Shown: positions 16,161 to 28,000 of the stretch, one piece after another | Numbering within the stretch: position 1 is the first letter of the stretch | Layout: each line of letters starts with the position of its first letter | Translations under genes and position numbers: made by a program | Notes under the pieces: model-generated | The model's database searches: none | The model's input: only the letters and a program-made list of their open reading frames with translations | What the model was told of the DNA's origin: nothing | DNA from: Callorhinchus milii | Lineage: Eukaryota | DNA: 64,000 nucleotides | Reading direction: 5' to 3' | Assembly (NCBI RefSeq): GCF_018977255.1 | Contig: NW_024704743.1 | Span: 620,001 to 684,000 of the forward strand

Positions 16161-16554
16161 AGAAGAACCCGATTAATTGCCCTTAGAAGAATTTCTGCAG
16201 AGATAAGGAAGGTTTAAAGACCTCACCCGCCCCCTGGTGGCTCTGCAACGTCAACAGGTGAGCCGTGAAGACTTCAAATTGTAATAATAATAATCCTTAC
16301 TTTTGATATAGCGCATGTGAGCTCAAAGCCCTCTGACATATACACAGACATACATACACCCACACAGACATACACACACACAAACATACACACACACATA
16401 CGTACACACACATACATACACACAGACATACATACAGAGACATACGCACACAGACAGACACACACACCCACATAGATCCACACACAGACATATATTCACA
16501 CACACACAGACATCCATGCACACACCTATGGTAATAATCCCTTCATAATAATAA

Positions 16555-16579
16555 NNNNNNNNNNNNNNNNNNNNNNNNN
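16555..16579. other. Assembly gap (25 N)
   Basis: Run of 25 N, same placeholder length as the first gap. Confidence 0.99.
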
Positions 16580-17245
16580 ATGTAGTGACTCAATCCACGA
16601 CTGTTTGTGGGACACCTCTGCACGCAATTGGCTGCTGTATTTTGCCCACAAAACACACAGTCACTCCACTTTACAGTGTATCCTGTGAACCGCTTTGAGA
16701 CGTCTCGAAGATGTGATAAGGCGCTGCATCAAATGCGAGGATTATTATTACTTATACACACAGACACAGAGACACTCACTCACACGGAAACACATAGACA
16801 TATACACACGCGCACACACACACACACGCACACACAGACACACGTACACAGGCACAGGGCGATTTAGATCATCTTTAATTAAAATGGATACACCAGGACA
16901 GTGAGCCACGTGGGGAAGGGAGTGCAGCAGTCATTCATGTGCTCTGTCCTGTGTGGGTGAATGGCCTGAGGCGTTTCACCGCTTTAATGTTAAGGTAAAA
17001 CATTCGGGTGAGAAACGTACAGTAACAAAAAAAAACTTTCAGCAAAGAACCTGCAGCCACTGATCCCCAGAGTCACAGCGAGAGGGAGAGGAAGGTCTCA
17101 TTGGTCTGTTTTTTGGGGCGTGGGGGTGGGAGGGAGACAGGGAGGGAGGGAGAAGGGAAAACTCGAGGTCTGTTTGTCCGACTCTTCCTGCTCCTCTCTT
17201 GGCTCGGAGTGTGAGGTCTAATCTGCTGATGTCTCGAAGGCTCCA

Positions 17246-20200
17246 TCAATTTTCCAGGACCATGATATGGACAAAGAGAGAGGCGGAGGGAAGTGGGTTT
17301 CCTTCTTTTGTCAGCAGGTGGATGTGTCGGTAACCTGGAACAGGACAGGGTGAGGAGCTCAGCAACAACAACAGCAAGTTACATTTACGCAGCGCCCGCC
17401 TTTCACATCAGGAGGACGTCCCGAGGCGCTGGACAGTCAGGGAATTGGACCCGAGCCGAGGGTTGGGATCAGGAGGGCGGGGTGGGGGGCGGGGAGGGTG
17501 GTGACTGAAGACCTGGTCGAAGAAGAGGGTCTCGAGACGTGCCTTGACGGAGTGTGTGTTGATATGGGGTTAGAGGGTCACAGAGGTAGGGAGAGGGAGG
17601 AAGGCCGTGGGGGGGCTTTGAAGGTGGGGTCGAAGATTTGGAACTCTATCCACTGGGGGATGGGGAGCCAGTGGAGCCGGGGGCGAGGGACACACACACA
17701 CACGACACACACACACACAGACACACACACACACACTGACCCCCCCACCCACACCCACAGACACTGACCCAGTTTCAGGCTTGTAACGGGAAGTGTGAAC
17801 TGTCCAATGAAGTCGTTTCTGGATGAGGCGTCGTAGTCCTCCACCAGGAAGCGGATCAGTGTGAGCTCGGGCACACTCACATCAAACTCAAAGTTCGAGT
17901 TCCACATCGGCTTAAGCCCTGAAACCCAGAGGGGGCGGAGGGGGGGGGGGGCGGGGGAGAGGGGGCGGAGGGGGTAAGTGGTTTAGAGCATCGAGAGTGT
18001 GTGAGCGAGTGTGAGTTACTGTTGTTGGGGATGTGGTGTGTGTGTGTGTGTGTGTGTGTGAGCGAGTGTGAGTTACTGTTGTTGGGGATGTGGTGTGTGT
18101 GTGAGTGTGTGAGCGAGTGTGAGTTACTGTTGTTGGGGATGTGGTGTGTGTGTGTGTGTGTGTGTGAGCGAGTGTGAGTTACTGTTGTTGGGGATGTGGT
18201 GTGTGTGTGAGTGTGTGAGCGAGTGTGAGTTACTGTTGTTGGGGATGTGGTGTGTGTGTGAGTGTGTGAGTGTGAGTTACTGTTGTTGGGGATGTGGTGT
18301 GTGTGTGTGAGTGTGTGAGTGTGAGTTACTGTTGTTGGGGATGTGGTGTGTGTGTGTGAGTGTGTGAGTGAGTGTGAGTTACTGTTGTTGGGGATGTGGT
18401 GTGTGTGTAAGTGTGTGAGCGAGTGTGAGTTACTGTTGTTGGGGATGTGGTGTGTGTGTGTGAGCGAGTGTGAGTTACTGTTGTTGGGGATGTGGTGTGT
18501 GTGTAAGTGTGTGAGCGAGTGTGAGTTACTGTTGTTGGGGATGTGGTGTGTGTGTGTGAGCGAGTGTGAGTTACTGTTGTTGGGGATGTGTGTGTGTGTG
18601 TGAGCGAGTGTGAGTTACTGTTGTTGGGGATGTGGTGTGTGTGTGAGTGTGAGTGTGTGAGCGAGTGTGAGTTACTGTTGTTGGGGCTATGATTGTAAGT
18701 GTGTGTGTGTGTGTGTTGTGTGTGAGCGAGTGTGTGTGAATGCGTGTGAGTGTGAGTTCCATCGTAAGGGATACGGTGTGTGTGAGTGAGTGTGTGAGCG
18801 AGTGCGAGTTACCATTGTTAGGGATGTGGTCTGTTACCCTCTTGGCGTTGTCCTGAGCCACACCAAACACCTCCACCGTCACCAGGGGGTCAATGACGGA
18901 GCTGGACCTCTTTTTGTCCTTCGGGAGCTGCTGTGCTGAGATGACCTGTGGACGCAGAAGGACATGGGAACATAGGAGGAGGCCATTCAGCCACTACGCC
19001 CCGAAGCTCTGGAACTCTCTCCCTCAATCCCCCTTTGCCTTGACCCCCCCTCCTCCCACCCTCTCCCCAATTTCCAGGTTGTGTTTGAAGACCTTCCTGT
19101 TGCACCTTCCCCCTGACATTACCTGTCCTCAGCAACACAACAACAAATTATATTTACCCGGCGCCTTTCGCATCGTGAGGACATCCCAAGGCGCTGGACA
19201 GTCAGGGATTTCGACCCGAGCTGGGGGTTGGGATCAGGAAGGGCAGGGAGCCTTGCCTAAGCTTTCGCCCCGACCGGGAATCGAACCCGGGTCCTCTCGC
19301 CTGCTTTCTCTTACCATCACGTGCAGCTTCATTGGCGTCAACCACTCCCCATGTCTGAGGTTCTTGGAGTCGAACGTTGTGCTCTTGTCCCTCAGAAACT
19401 TTGGCTTCAAAACGTAGCCAGAGAAGCCATTCTGCCGGAACTTTCCCTGATAGATGTCCATCTCTTCCGATGGGGTCTGGAAGTTCAAGGCCACTGTGGA
19501 CAACAGGAGCCGTCGCATCATTGGCCCATTACATCAGCAACGTAGGAACAGGAGGTGGCCATTCAGCCCCTCGAGCCTGTTCCGCCATTCTATTAGACCA
19601 CGACTGATCTGTATCTCAACTCCAATTACCCACCTTTGCCCCATATCCCTTGACTCCCTCCCTCCGTCCCCCCCTCCCTCCCTCCCTCCCCCCCTCCCTC
19701 CCTCCACAAGGACAAAGAGGAGTCAGAGCTTACCAAGCTGACAGCCTGCGTTCCACATTTCTATGGGGCTGTAGTTGGACGAGTCAGTCCGTAACCCGGC
19801 GGGATAGATTCGGCTCAGTTGCCGGGCGTTGAGATGAATGAAGGGATTGTCTGTACGGAAACAGCGATGGGAGGCGGGGGGGAGGGGGGGGGGGGTTAGG
19901 GAGGGAGTGGAGGGTTAGGGAGGGAGGGGGGGGTTTGGGAGGAAGGTGGGGGTTCAATAACAAAGCCACGATTCATAAGGATCACAAGAGAGGTTCGAAG
20001 ATACGAGTGACAAAGGCCCCTCATTCTGTTTAATTCTTCCATAATATACGCTCCCCACAGAATAACATACAGAGTAATGTACAGAGTAGAGAGCAATGTA
20101 CAGGTGAGGTGAGTGATGTACAGGTGAGGTTACAGGTGAGGAGTGATGTGATGTACAGGTGAGTGATGTGATGAACAGGTAAGTCGACTGATGTACAGGC

Positions 20201-21330
20201 GAGTGACGTACAGGTGAGGCGAGTGACGTACAGGTGAGGCGAGTGACGTACAGGTGATGACGTACCTGAGTCCTGGACCAGTTTAGAGAACTTTCCCTCC
20301 ACAAAGGAAGACATCTCGTAGAAGACCTGGTGAGCCTTGGAATGCTCGAAATCGGTGAAGTGCACACTACGACAATAGATCACGAGATCCGACAGCTCTT
20401 TGGACAACTTTATCTAAAGTTGGTTGGTTGGTGGGAGGGGGTGAGGAGGAGGGGGTGGGGAGGAGGGGGTGGGGAGGAGGGGGTGGGGAGAGGGGTGGGG
20501 AGGAGGGGGGTGGGGAGTGGGGGGGGTAGGAACATACCGAGATGTTAAATTTAGTCTATCCTGAACCGTTCGAGCTCACCTGACTTTTGTTTCCTCAGCC
20601 AGGTGTCTGACACGTGCCGGAGCCCCATCACCGCGCTTGAGGGTATTTTTGTGGCGTCCCTGTAGCTCAGCCCTCGCCTCGCGAGCGAGAGGACCCGGGT
20701 TCGACTCCCGGCCGGGCTGGTCAGGGTGAGACGTTCGTCAAGTTTCGTTACTCCGCGCGCGGGCGCGCACACACACACGCGCACACACGCACACGCACAC
20801 ACACACGCGCACACACGCACACGCACACACACACACACGAGCCTCTGTTGACCCAACAGTAAGTAGGAACCCGGTTGTTCGTCAAATGGAGGATCGCTTT
20901 CCTGGGGGTGGGGGTGGTGGGTGGGGGGAGGGGTGGGGGGTGGGAGTAATAACCCCTTCAAAAAGGTATATATTAATAAGAATTTGGTCACTCAACCCAC
21001 GGCTGTTTGCGGGGGACGCTGCTGTGCGCAATCGGCTGCCGCGTTTCGCCCACAAAATACGCAGTCACTCCACTTTGCAGCGTATCCTGTGAAGCGCTTT
21101 GAGAGTCTCACGCGTCCCCCCCCCCACCCCTCTCACCGGCTGGGGGGGTGGGGGGGTTTCTCTCTGGCCCTCAGACCCACCTTGCTCCCCGCTTTCTTGG
21201 TGACTGCTTCGTTCTCCATTTCCGCTGCCTCGTCCTCGTCAGACACCTCGTCGCTCACGTCCTCGCTCTCCGTCACCTCCTCCAGCCTGTTCAGCCTCTT
21301 CCCCTTCACCAGGATCTTGTTCTTGAGTTG
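17246..21330 (-). CDS. PLCD1: Phospholipase C delta 1, 3' half only (end of X box, X-Y linker, Y box, C2 domain)
   Basis: Minus-strand exons 21330-21181 ([25 protein letters not shown]), 20413-20266 ([28 protein letters not shown]), 19850-19734 ([28 protein letters not shown]), 19493-19315 ([31 protein letters not shown]), 18945-18813 ([21 protein letters not shown]), 17918-17769 ([29 protein letters not shown]), 17334-17246 ([19 protein letters not shown]). Phases are consistent. Confidence 0.93.
18000..18690. repeat. Minisatellite, about 14 units of GAGCGAGTGTGAGTTACTGTTGTTGGGGATGTGG plus (TG)n
   Basis: Units counted by eye; constant ~34-nt core with a variable TG spacer. Confidence 0.95.
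20095..20265. repeat. ~20-bp minisatellite (GAGTGACGTACAGGTGAGGC) decaying away from the PLCD1 donor
   Basis: Tandem copies visible, most regular next to 20266. Confidence 0.85.
20655..21110 (+). mobile_element. tRNA-derived SINE, major family of this window (variant with internal CA/CG microsatellite)
   Basis: Box A-like TAGCTCAG, box B GGTTCGACTCC, shared body, and GCTGTGCGCAA.TGGCTGCCGCGTTTCG 3' domain; dozens of related copies in the window. Confidence 0.85.
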
Positions 21331-22004
21331 CTGTGAATCAAGAGTGTGGGGTGGTGGGGGGGGGGGGGTGAGAGCCAGAAACGCAGGGTGCGTGCCCGCG
21401 CGTGTACGCACGTCTGCGTGCGCGACATAGAGGTGCGCGCGCGTGAGGTATGTGCATCCATGGTGAAGGATGGGCGGACGTGCTCAATGGGTGGTTGGGA
21501 GGTAAGTAGGTGGATGCAGGGAATTCTCAGTCGGGTTTGGAGACTCTTTTTAACCGCCGGCGATGCCGACGACGACAACTTGCACATACCTCGCGCCCTC
21601 GAGGCAGGGCAGCGCCTCAGAGCGCTCCACAGTGGCGGAGCCCGACTCCGAGCGGCGGGTGGGAGGAGGGAGGGAGGGAGGGAGCGAGGGAGGGTAAGCA
21701 TGGAAAGTCTTCAGGCGGGACTTGAAAGAGGGTTGGAGAGGGGTGTTTGGGGGTGGGGGCGAGGCGGAGGGATTGAGGGAGAGAGTTCCAGAGTTTCGGG
21801 GCGTAGTGGCTGAGAGCCCGACCCCCCCCCCTCCTCCTCCAATGATGGTGGAGCGGAGGGCGCGAGGCACGCGCAGGAGGCCGGATGGAGCCAGTCGAGG
21901 GGAAAAATAAAGAAATTTTTCTTCCATGGAATATAAAGGGCCGACTTTATTTACCGATCAGAATCAATTTCTTTTCCTTAGATTCCCAATCGGGTGTTCG
22001 TGAA

Positions 22005-25000
22005 ATGAGCGAAGACGCGGTGCAAAATGATGAAAAGCCGTCTCTCCAGAACGCCGGCGCAAATCTCGAACCACAGCCCAACGAAGATACCTTCGACGAA
22101 CCGTCCTCTTCAAAGCCTGATGTAAAATGCCAACCAACTTGTTTCGCTCAAATAGTCTATGAACGGCAGTGGGGAGAGAGAGCGAAAGAGAGAGAGAGAG
22201 AGAGGGAAAAAAGATCAACCTGGAATCTTGTTGAGAGTGTGTGTGAGTGTGAGTGTGTGAGTGAGTGTGTGTGAGTGTGAGTGTGTGTGAGTGAGTGAGT
22301 GTGTGTGAGTGTGTGTGAGTGTGAGTGTGAGCGAGCTAAAGCAAGGTCATGGTTATTTTTTTCCCCCTGGTTGGTTGTCGGGCCCCAGAGCCAAATCGCT
22401 CCGCCGATGGTGACTGGAGAGAAGCCCCTCAGGTCATGGTGTCATTGTGTGAACTTTTCAAAATATTAACAACACTTAGTTAGAAAAGATTAGAACTCTC
22501 CCTCTCCTCCCCCCCCCCTCCTCCCACCCCACCCCCCACCCCCCACCTCCTCCTCCTTGTCCCGTCGTCAAAGAAGGTTCAAATGAAGAAGAGCATTTGG
22601 CTCACGTGATCTCAACCTTCCAGAATCCCAAGCCTCCCCTTTCACGAGGACGTCCCAAGGCGCTGGACAGTCAGGGGCTTAGACCCGAGCTGGGGGGTTG
22701 GGTTCAGGAGGGGTGGAGGGCAAGGAGGGTAGGGGGTAAGAGGGTGAACGATGGCGCAGTCGAAGGGGAAGGGAGTGGGGTGGTGGGGGGTGGGGAGGGC
22801 AGACATAGGGATTGGGATGGAGTTTGAAAGGGTGGGAGAAACACGGCAGCCAATTACGCACAGCATTGTCCCACGAGCAGTAGCCTCCTGGTAGGCAACA
22901 CAGCTCAGCATGAAATGCGTGAGAGCATCGCCACCATCCTCCTGCCCACAGCTGAGGCGAGAACACGAGACGGTAGGTTTTGGTATTCCGAAAGGAAACA
23001 GGACTTCATCTGACACTTCTGAAACTATCTCGTGATCTGGCAAACTTGTGGTTTTAGGGCTGACCTGTTTTGTTCAGTAAGTTGTCCCCTGTATCGTTAT
23101 AAACAACTAACTCAATCTCATATGTGTAATTTAATTTTGCCACTTATAATGTAATTATTGGTGTTTGTAATTATTGCTTATTTCTAAGTGTCATTGTATA
23201 TTATGAGGGTTTCGAACCCACAGCCTTGTGAGGCAGAGATAAGGATGCTTATCTACTGACCGAAACCAGTGACCCAGGGACACAGCACAACAGTACTTCG
23301 CTCATAGCAACATGCTTACTGAATGACAGCTCACACGGCAGAATAGCCCGCATTGCGTGAGGCTGTATATCCAAACAAACAGTTTCAATCGAACGGAAGG
23401 GGAGATCAGTCTGATTTTAACGTCCAAAATGAATGTTGGCGGCTAACATATCCGTGTTGCTTTCGGGTATTTGCATTTGAGTTAGTCCTAACGTTTCATA
23501 ACAGTAATTTTTTGTTTGTCTTGGTTGATTTCAACGAGGATCACAAGATTGGTTTGGATAAAGAAGGCCCTTGGGCGCTATGGGCGACAATCAGACAAGC
23601 TAGTGCACATTCCATTCCAACTATCTCTCTGGGATTTCCATGTGTAGGTGGGATGCAGGGAATTCTCAGCTTGGCTTGGATATTCTTAAGCAACGGTGAT
23701 GGGTTTCCGCATGTGTCATTCACCCAAGCTGATCAAAACAAAAAAAAAACGCCATAATGTCCTAGATTCTTCAATGAAGTACTGTCAAATTTAGCCGTGT
23801 GTTCACTCGGATAAACCCAGCTATGAGGAAATATGCATGTGGAGAGATTCGCTAATTTGGGATGTTTTTCACTGGAGCAGAGGAGAGTGAGGGGGTTATT
23901 CTAGAGGTCTTTGAGATTCTGAAGGGGCATGAAAAGGTGAACAGGGGATCAATCACAAGAAAGCATAATCTCAGGATTCTTAGTGGAAGAAATAGCGGAA
24001 GAAGAGGTTGGAAGGAATCGTTAGCGTTTTGCATTCAATCTCACAAATGACTATTGAGGTCTGATCAATAGAATTATTCGAAGGCCTAAACACGTGAGCG
24101 GTAAACAACAGATGACATTTACCTTTCATGTCGGGAGGATGTCCCAAGGCGCTGAAGAGTCAGAGATTTGCACCCGAGCTGGGGGTTGGGATCAGGAGGG
24201 GTGGAGGGCAGGGAGGGTGGTGGTTTGGAGGGTCCAAAACCATCAAGGAAAAGAGATGGAAATGGGCTGAATAAAAAACCGAATTGATGGCCATTTTCAG
24301 CCCATCGAGTCAGTGAGGTAGCACTGACTTGATGGGCTGAATGGCCTCCTTCTGCGCCGCAAATTGCTGTTTCTGCGTTTGTTATTTGACTTCGAGGAGG
24401 AATTTAAATTTGTATCTTTCTGCATTCCTGACAGGATGTTTGTGAATATTATGAAAATGCCCTTGGGACCCAAACCCCTCCCTCAGAACCAGTCATGTAT
24501 CGGCACAGACCAACCTCCAAACGAACTCAGGTAAAATTACAGCAGCGACTGAGCCAGGTACTGCTCTACCTTGGGAACTGTGGATTCCTGCAGCTCAATG
24601 GTTAGAGGGCTTGGGTTTGATTCCCGGGCAGGGCAAAATGTTTGGCAAATTTTCTTCACGCGCCTAGCACTAAGTAGGAGCCCACTTGTTAGTCGATTGG
24701 CCCATCGCTTTTCTGGGGGTAATAATGCCTTCAAAAAAAACATTATCTGGTCCACGACTGTTTGTGGGACACTGCTGTGAATGGTTGGCTGCAGCGTTTC
24801 ACCCACAAAATTTACAGTCAATTCAATTTAAAGTATATTCTGTGAAGCGTTTTGAGACGTCTCAAATGCAAGGATTCTTATCGTGTACAGTTTTTTGCGG
24901 ACGTGCAATCTTTCAGCCGCTTTGCTCCACTCTTTGGACGTGAAATACCTCCATATACCTTTGCTCTCCGCGTTCAAAACCCTTTTTAGAAACCTCCCAG

Positions 25001-28000
25001 TGAGCCGTGTGAGGCAAAGTGAGATATCTTCCTGACATAACAAGTGCTTTATCACTGTAAATAATAAGAATTCTTGCATTTACTATAGTATCTTTTACAT
25101 TGGGGGGGGAGTTTGTTTCAAAGCGCTTCACAGGATTTATTATAAAGCGTAGTGACTGTGTGTTTTGTAGAGGAATACAACAGCCAATTTGTACACAGCC
25201 AAAGCCATGAAGTTTATCTGGGGGATTGGCCAGGACAAGGCCGAGAGTGTTTTGTGCGGAGCTAGGCTGACACCTGTTGAGATAATAAAAATAATAAAGA
25301 GAATTGTCAAACAAGTTTGTGTTTCTACTGCATTTCGATAACTTTGCGCATAAAATGTGCTTTCACCAATTAGGACATCTCTCATTTACTGGCGAGTATT
25401 TTCAAGGGCTACTACACTGGAGATGTGATAGGGAGAGACATTGTGGATTACCTTGTGACGTCACAGGGCGGAGATGATGACTTCCACGAGAAATATGTCC
25501 AAAAACTGGAAAAGGTACAAGAATTCTCATTTTTTGCCTTTGTGATGTATTGGCTTTCCTACGGACCTTGAGTACATAGTTACCTGCATCACGTCCCCCC
25601 CGCCCTAACCACCCCACCATCGTCGCTCGGACTTACAGCCCCTGCTCTCTGGAACTCCATCCCCGAGTCCCTTTGCCCAGAGCAATGCACCTCACTTGCC
25701 GAACTTCAGAGTATAAGGCACACTCTGGGGTTCTTAGATTTTCTGTAGTGCTGGAACTCCTGCATCAAGCACCACGTGGAATAACAACAACGACTTGCGC
25801 CACTCTCACAGGGTACCGCTTGACGGTGGCGGAGCCTGATGCCGAGCCGGAGGGAGGTGGGGGGGAGGTGACCGTAAGCACGGTCGAAGAGGAAGGTCTT
25901 CAGATGGGTAAAGGCAGAGGGTTTGAGAGAGCGTGTTCGGGGTGAAAGAGCGGCCCACGATGGTGGAACGCAGGGCCCCAGGGACAACAACAACAACAAG
26001 ATTCCATTTATAGAGCGCCTTTCACGTCGGGAGGACATCCCAAGGCGTTGGACAGTTGGGTCAGGACCCGAGCAGGGGGGAGATGGTCAGGGTGAGGGGA
26101 GGGAAGGGAGGGAGCGAGGAGGGGGTAGAACGTTGAGAGAGGAGCTGAAGGCATGGTCAAAGAGAAAGGTCTTGAGACCGGCCTTGACCGGACAAGCAGC
26201 AGGCAGGACCCAGTTGAGCGGAGACTGTGGGTTCGTGGGTTGGGGAGCAAGCGAGTCTCTTGCTGCTGAAGTGAGTGAAGCCTCACCTCTGGAATTTGAA
26301 CTCATTCAAGGCTGACACTCCAGTCTGGGGGAAGCTCTGGAATGTTTGAACAAGACTGTACAGAAAGGTGTTGAGAAAGAGATTAAGGAAACCAAGAGAG
26401 AACTGGAAAGGAACTTAACAGCAAAAGGAAAACATAACCATCCTCCCCGCCCCAGTTCTTTCAACATTACAATATCAATATCAAATGCAAGGATTATTAT
26501 TACAGTAGTAGAGTAGTCAGGGAAGTTGTTAGAACCCCAAGGGGTTCAACTGGGGTTGAAAAAGAGAATGAACAGGAGATAATAAACATAATAGTGGAGT
26601 CCTGCAGTGTCGAGGTTAGAGACCTCGCCTCTCAAGCGAGAGGACCTGGGTTCGATCCCCGGGCAGGGGGCGAAACATTGGGCAGGTTTCCTTACTCCAC
26701 ACGCCTCTGTTTACCGAGCAGTGAGTCGGAACTCGGTTGTTAGTCGATTGGCGGATCGCTTTTCCGGGGGTAACAATCTGTTCCAAAAAATATATTAAAT
26801 ATATTAAAATATATGAAAAAATAATGCTAATTTGGTTACATGGCTGTTTGTGGGACGCTGCTGTGAGCAATTGGCTGCCACGTTTCGTCCACAAAATATA
26901 CAGTCTCCACTTTACAGTATATTCTGTGAGGCGCTGTGAGATGTCTGGATGTGATAAGGCGTTGTATCAAATGCAAGTATTATTATTATTATTATTATTT
27001 TTATATTCCCTATGCAAAATAACCCGTTTTATAGCGCACAGCTTTTCTGGGCACTCACTGCATTCCCCTGGGACTGAGGCTCAATCACGCCATAAATGCA
27101 AATACTCAAAAATTAGATTCTCTTCAAATTCCATCCAATGACTCAATTACATTAGATTTATTGCTGGGGGGCGGGGGGGGGTGGGGGGGAGGGAGGGGGC
27201 AGGGAAGGGGGGAGAGATGCAGAACAATTTTGTACGTTGATATAGAACATGTGGCTCTTATCAGCTCAAATGTAACGGAACATTAATCTCTGAAACGCAC
27301 CAAAGTGCTTCGAAACGTCTGAGCTTCCGATGTGTCAATGGAAAATCTTGTCTTACAAAGAATGTACAGCACGGAAACGGGCTCCTCGTCCCAGCCAGTC
27401 CTTGCCGGTGTTTATTGTTGTTCTTTTAATCAATATCGAAATAAACGTTATCACGACTTTTCGGTCCCACTAATTGCGCCACTAACAGAGAATCCCTTCC
27501 GTACTGTATAAGGACACGTTTCCACACGGTAGTTAATAAAACTGTTGTTTTTAAAACAGCTGGTTTGCGCAGGGTTTCCACTTAGCGCTCCTTAAAAAGT
27601 GGTGTGCAGCGCGCTAATGCTTTCAAATTGATGATGTTTGGTGCTGCTTTCAAATAGCTTCGTAAAGAGTACAACGAGAAAATCGAAAACGTCGACATGA
27701 TTGAAAAACATATCATTGAGGCCCGAGCCCGAGCCATAGCCGCTGAGGAAAAGGCACTCAACAGAGAACAGGAGGAAATGGGAGAGTTACATGACCTTCT
27801 GGGCTTGCCACCAGGTAACGACAGTAACAACAATAATAATATTAATAGTGAGATTTCTTGCGTTTGATACAGCCCCTTATCACGGCTTTCAGACTTCTCA
27901 AAGCGCTTCACAGAGTACACTGTAGTGTAGTGACTGCGGCAGCCGATTGCGCACAGCAGTGCAGTGTCCCACAAACAGTCATGGATTGAGTGACCAAATT

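Noticed and set aside
18000..18690. CRISPR-like repeat-spacer appearance
   Set aside because: Spacers are just (TG)n, there are no cas genes, and the context is a vertebrate intron; it is a minisatellite.
21955..22116. Minus-strand AG..GT segment (GFEEDGSS..WRDGF..) as PLCD1 PH-domain exon
   Set aside because: Length and phase are similar, but the conserved KVK..W...R.Y.LQED motif is absent; the plus-strand reading fits better.
22880..23043. C-x-CG..H...C motif suggesting a LINE zinc knuckle
   Set aside because: Short, single, and no neighbouring RT similarity visible.
25450..25530. Minus-strand ATG..CAAG|GTAATC as a PLCD1 first exon
   Set aside because: It is antisense to a clear DLEC1 exon (25374-25514).
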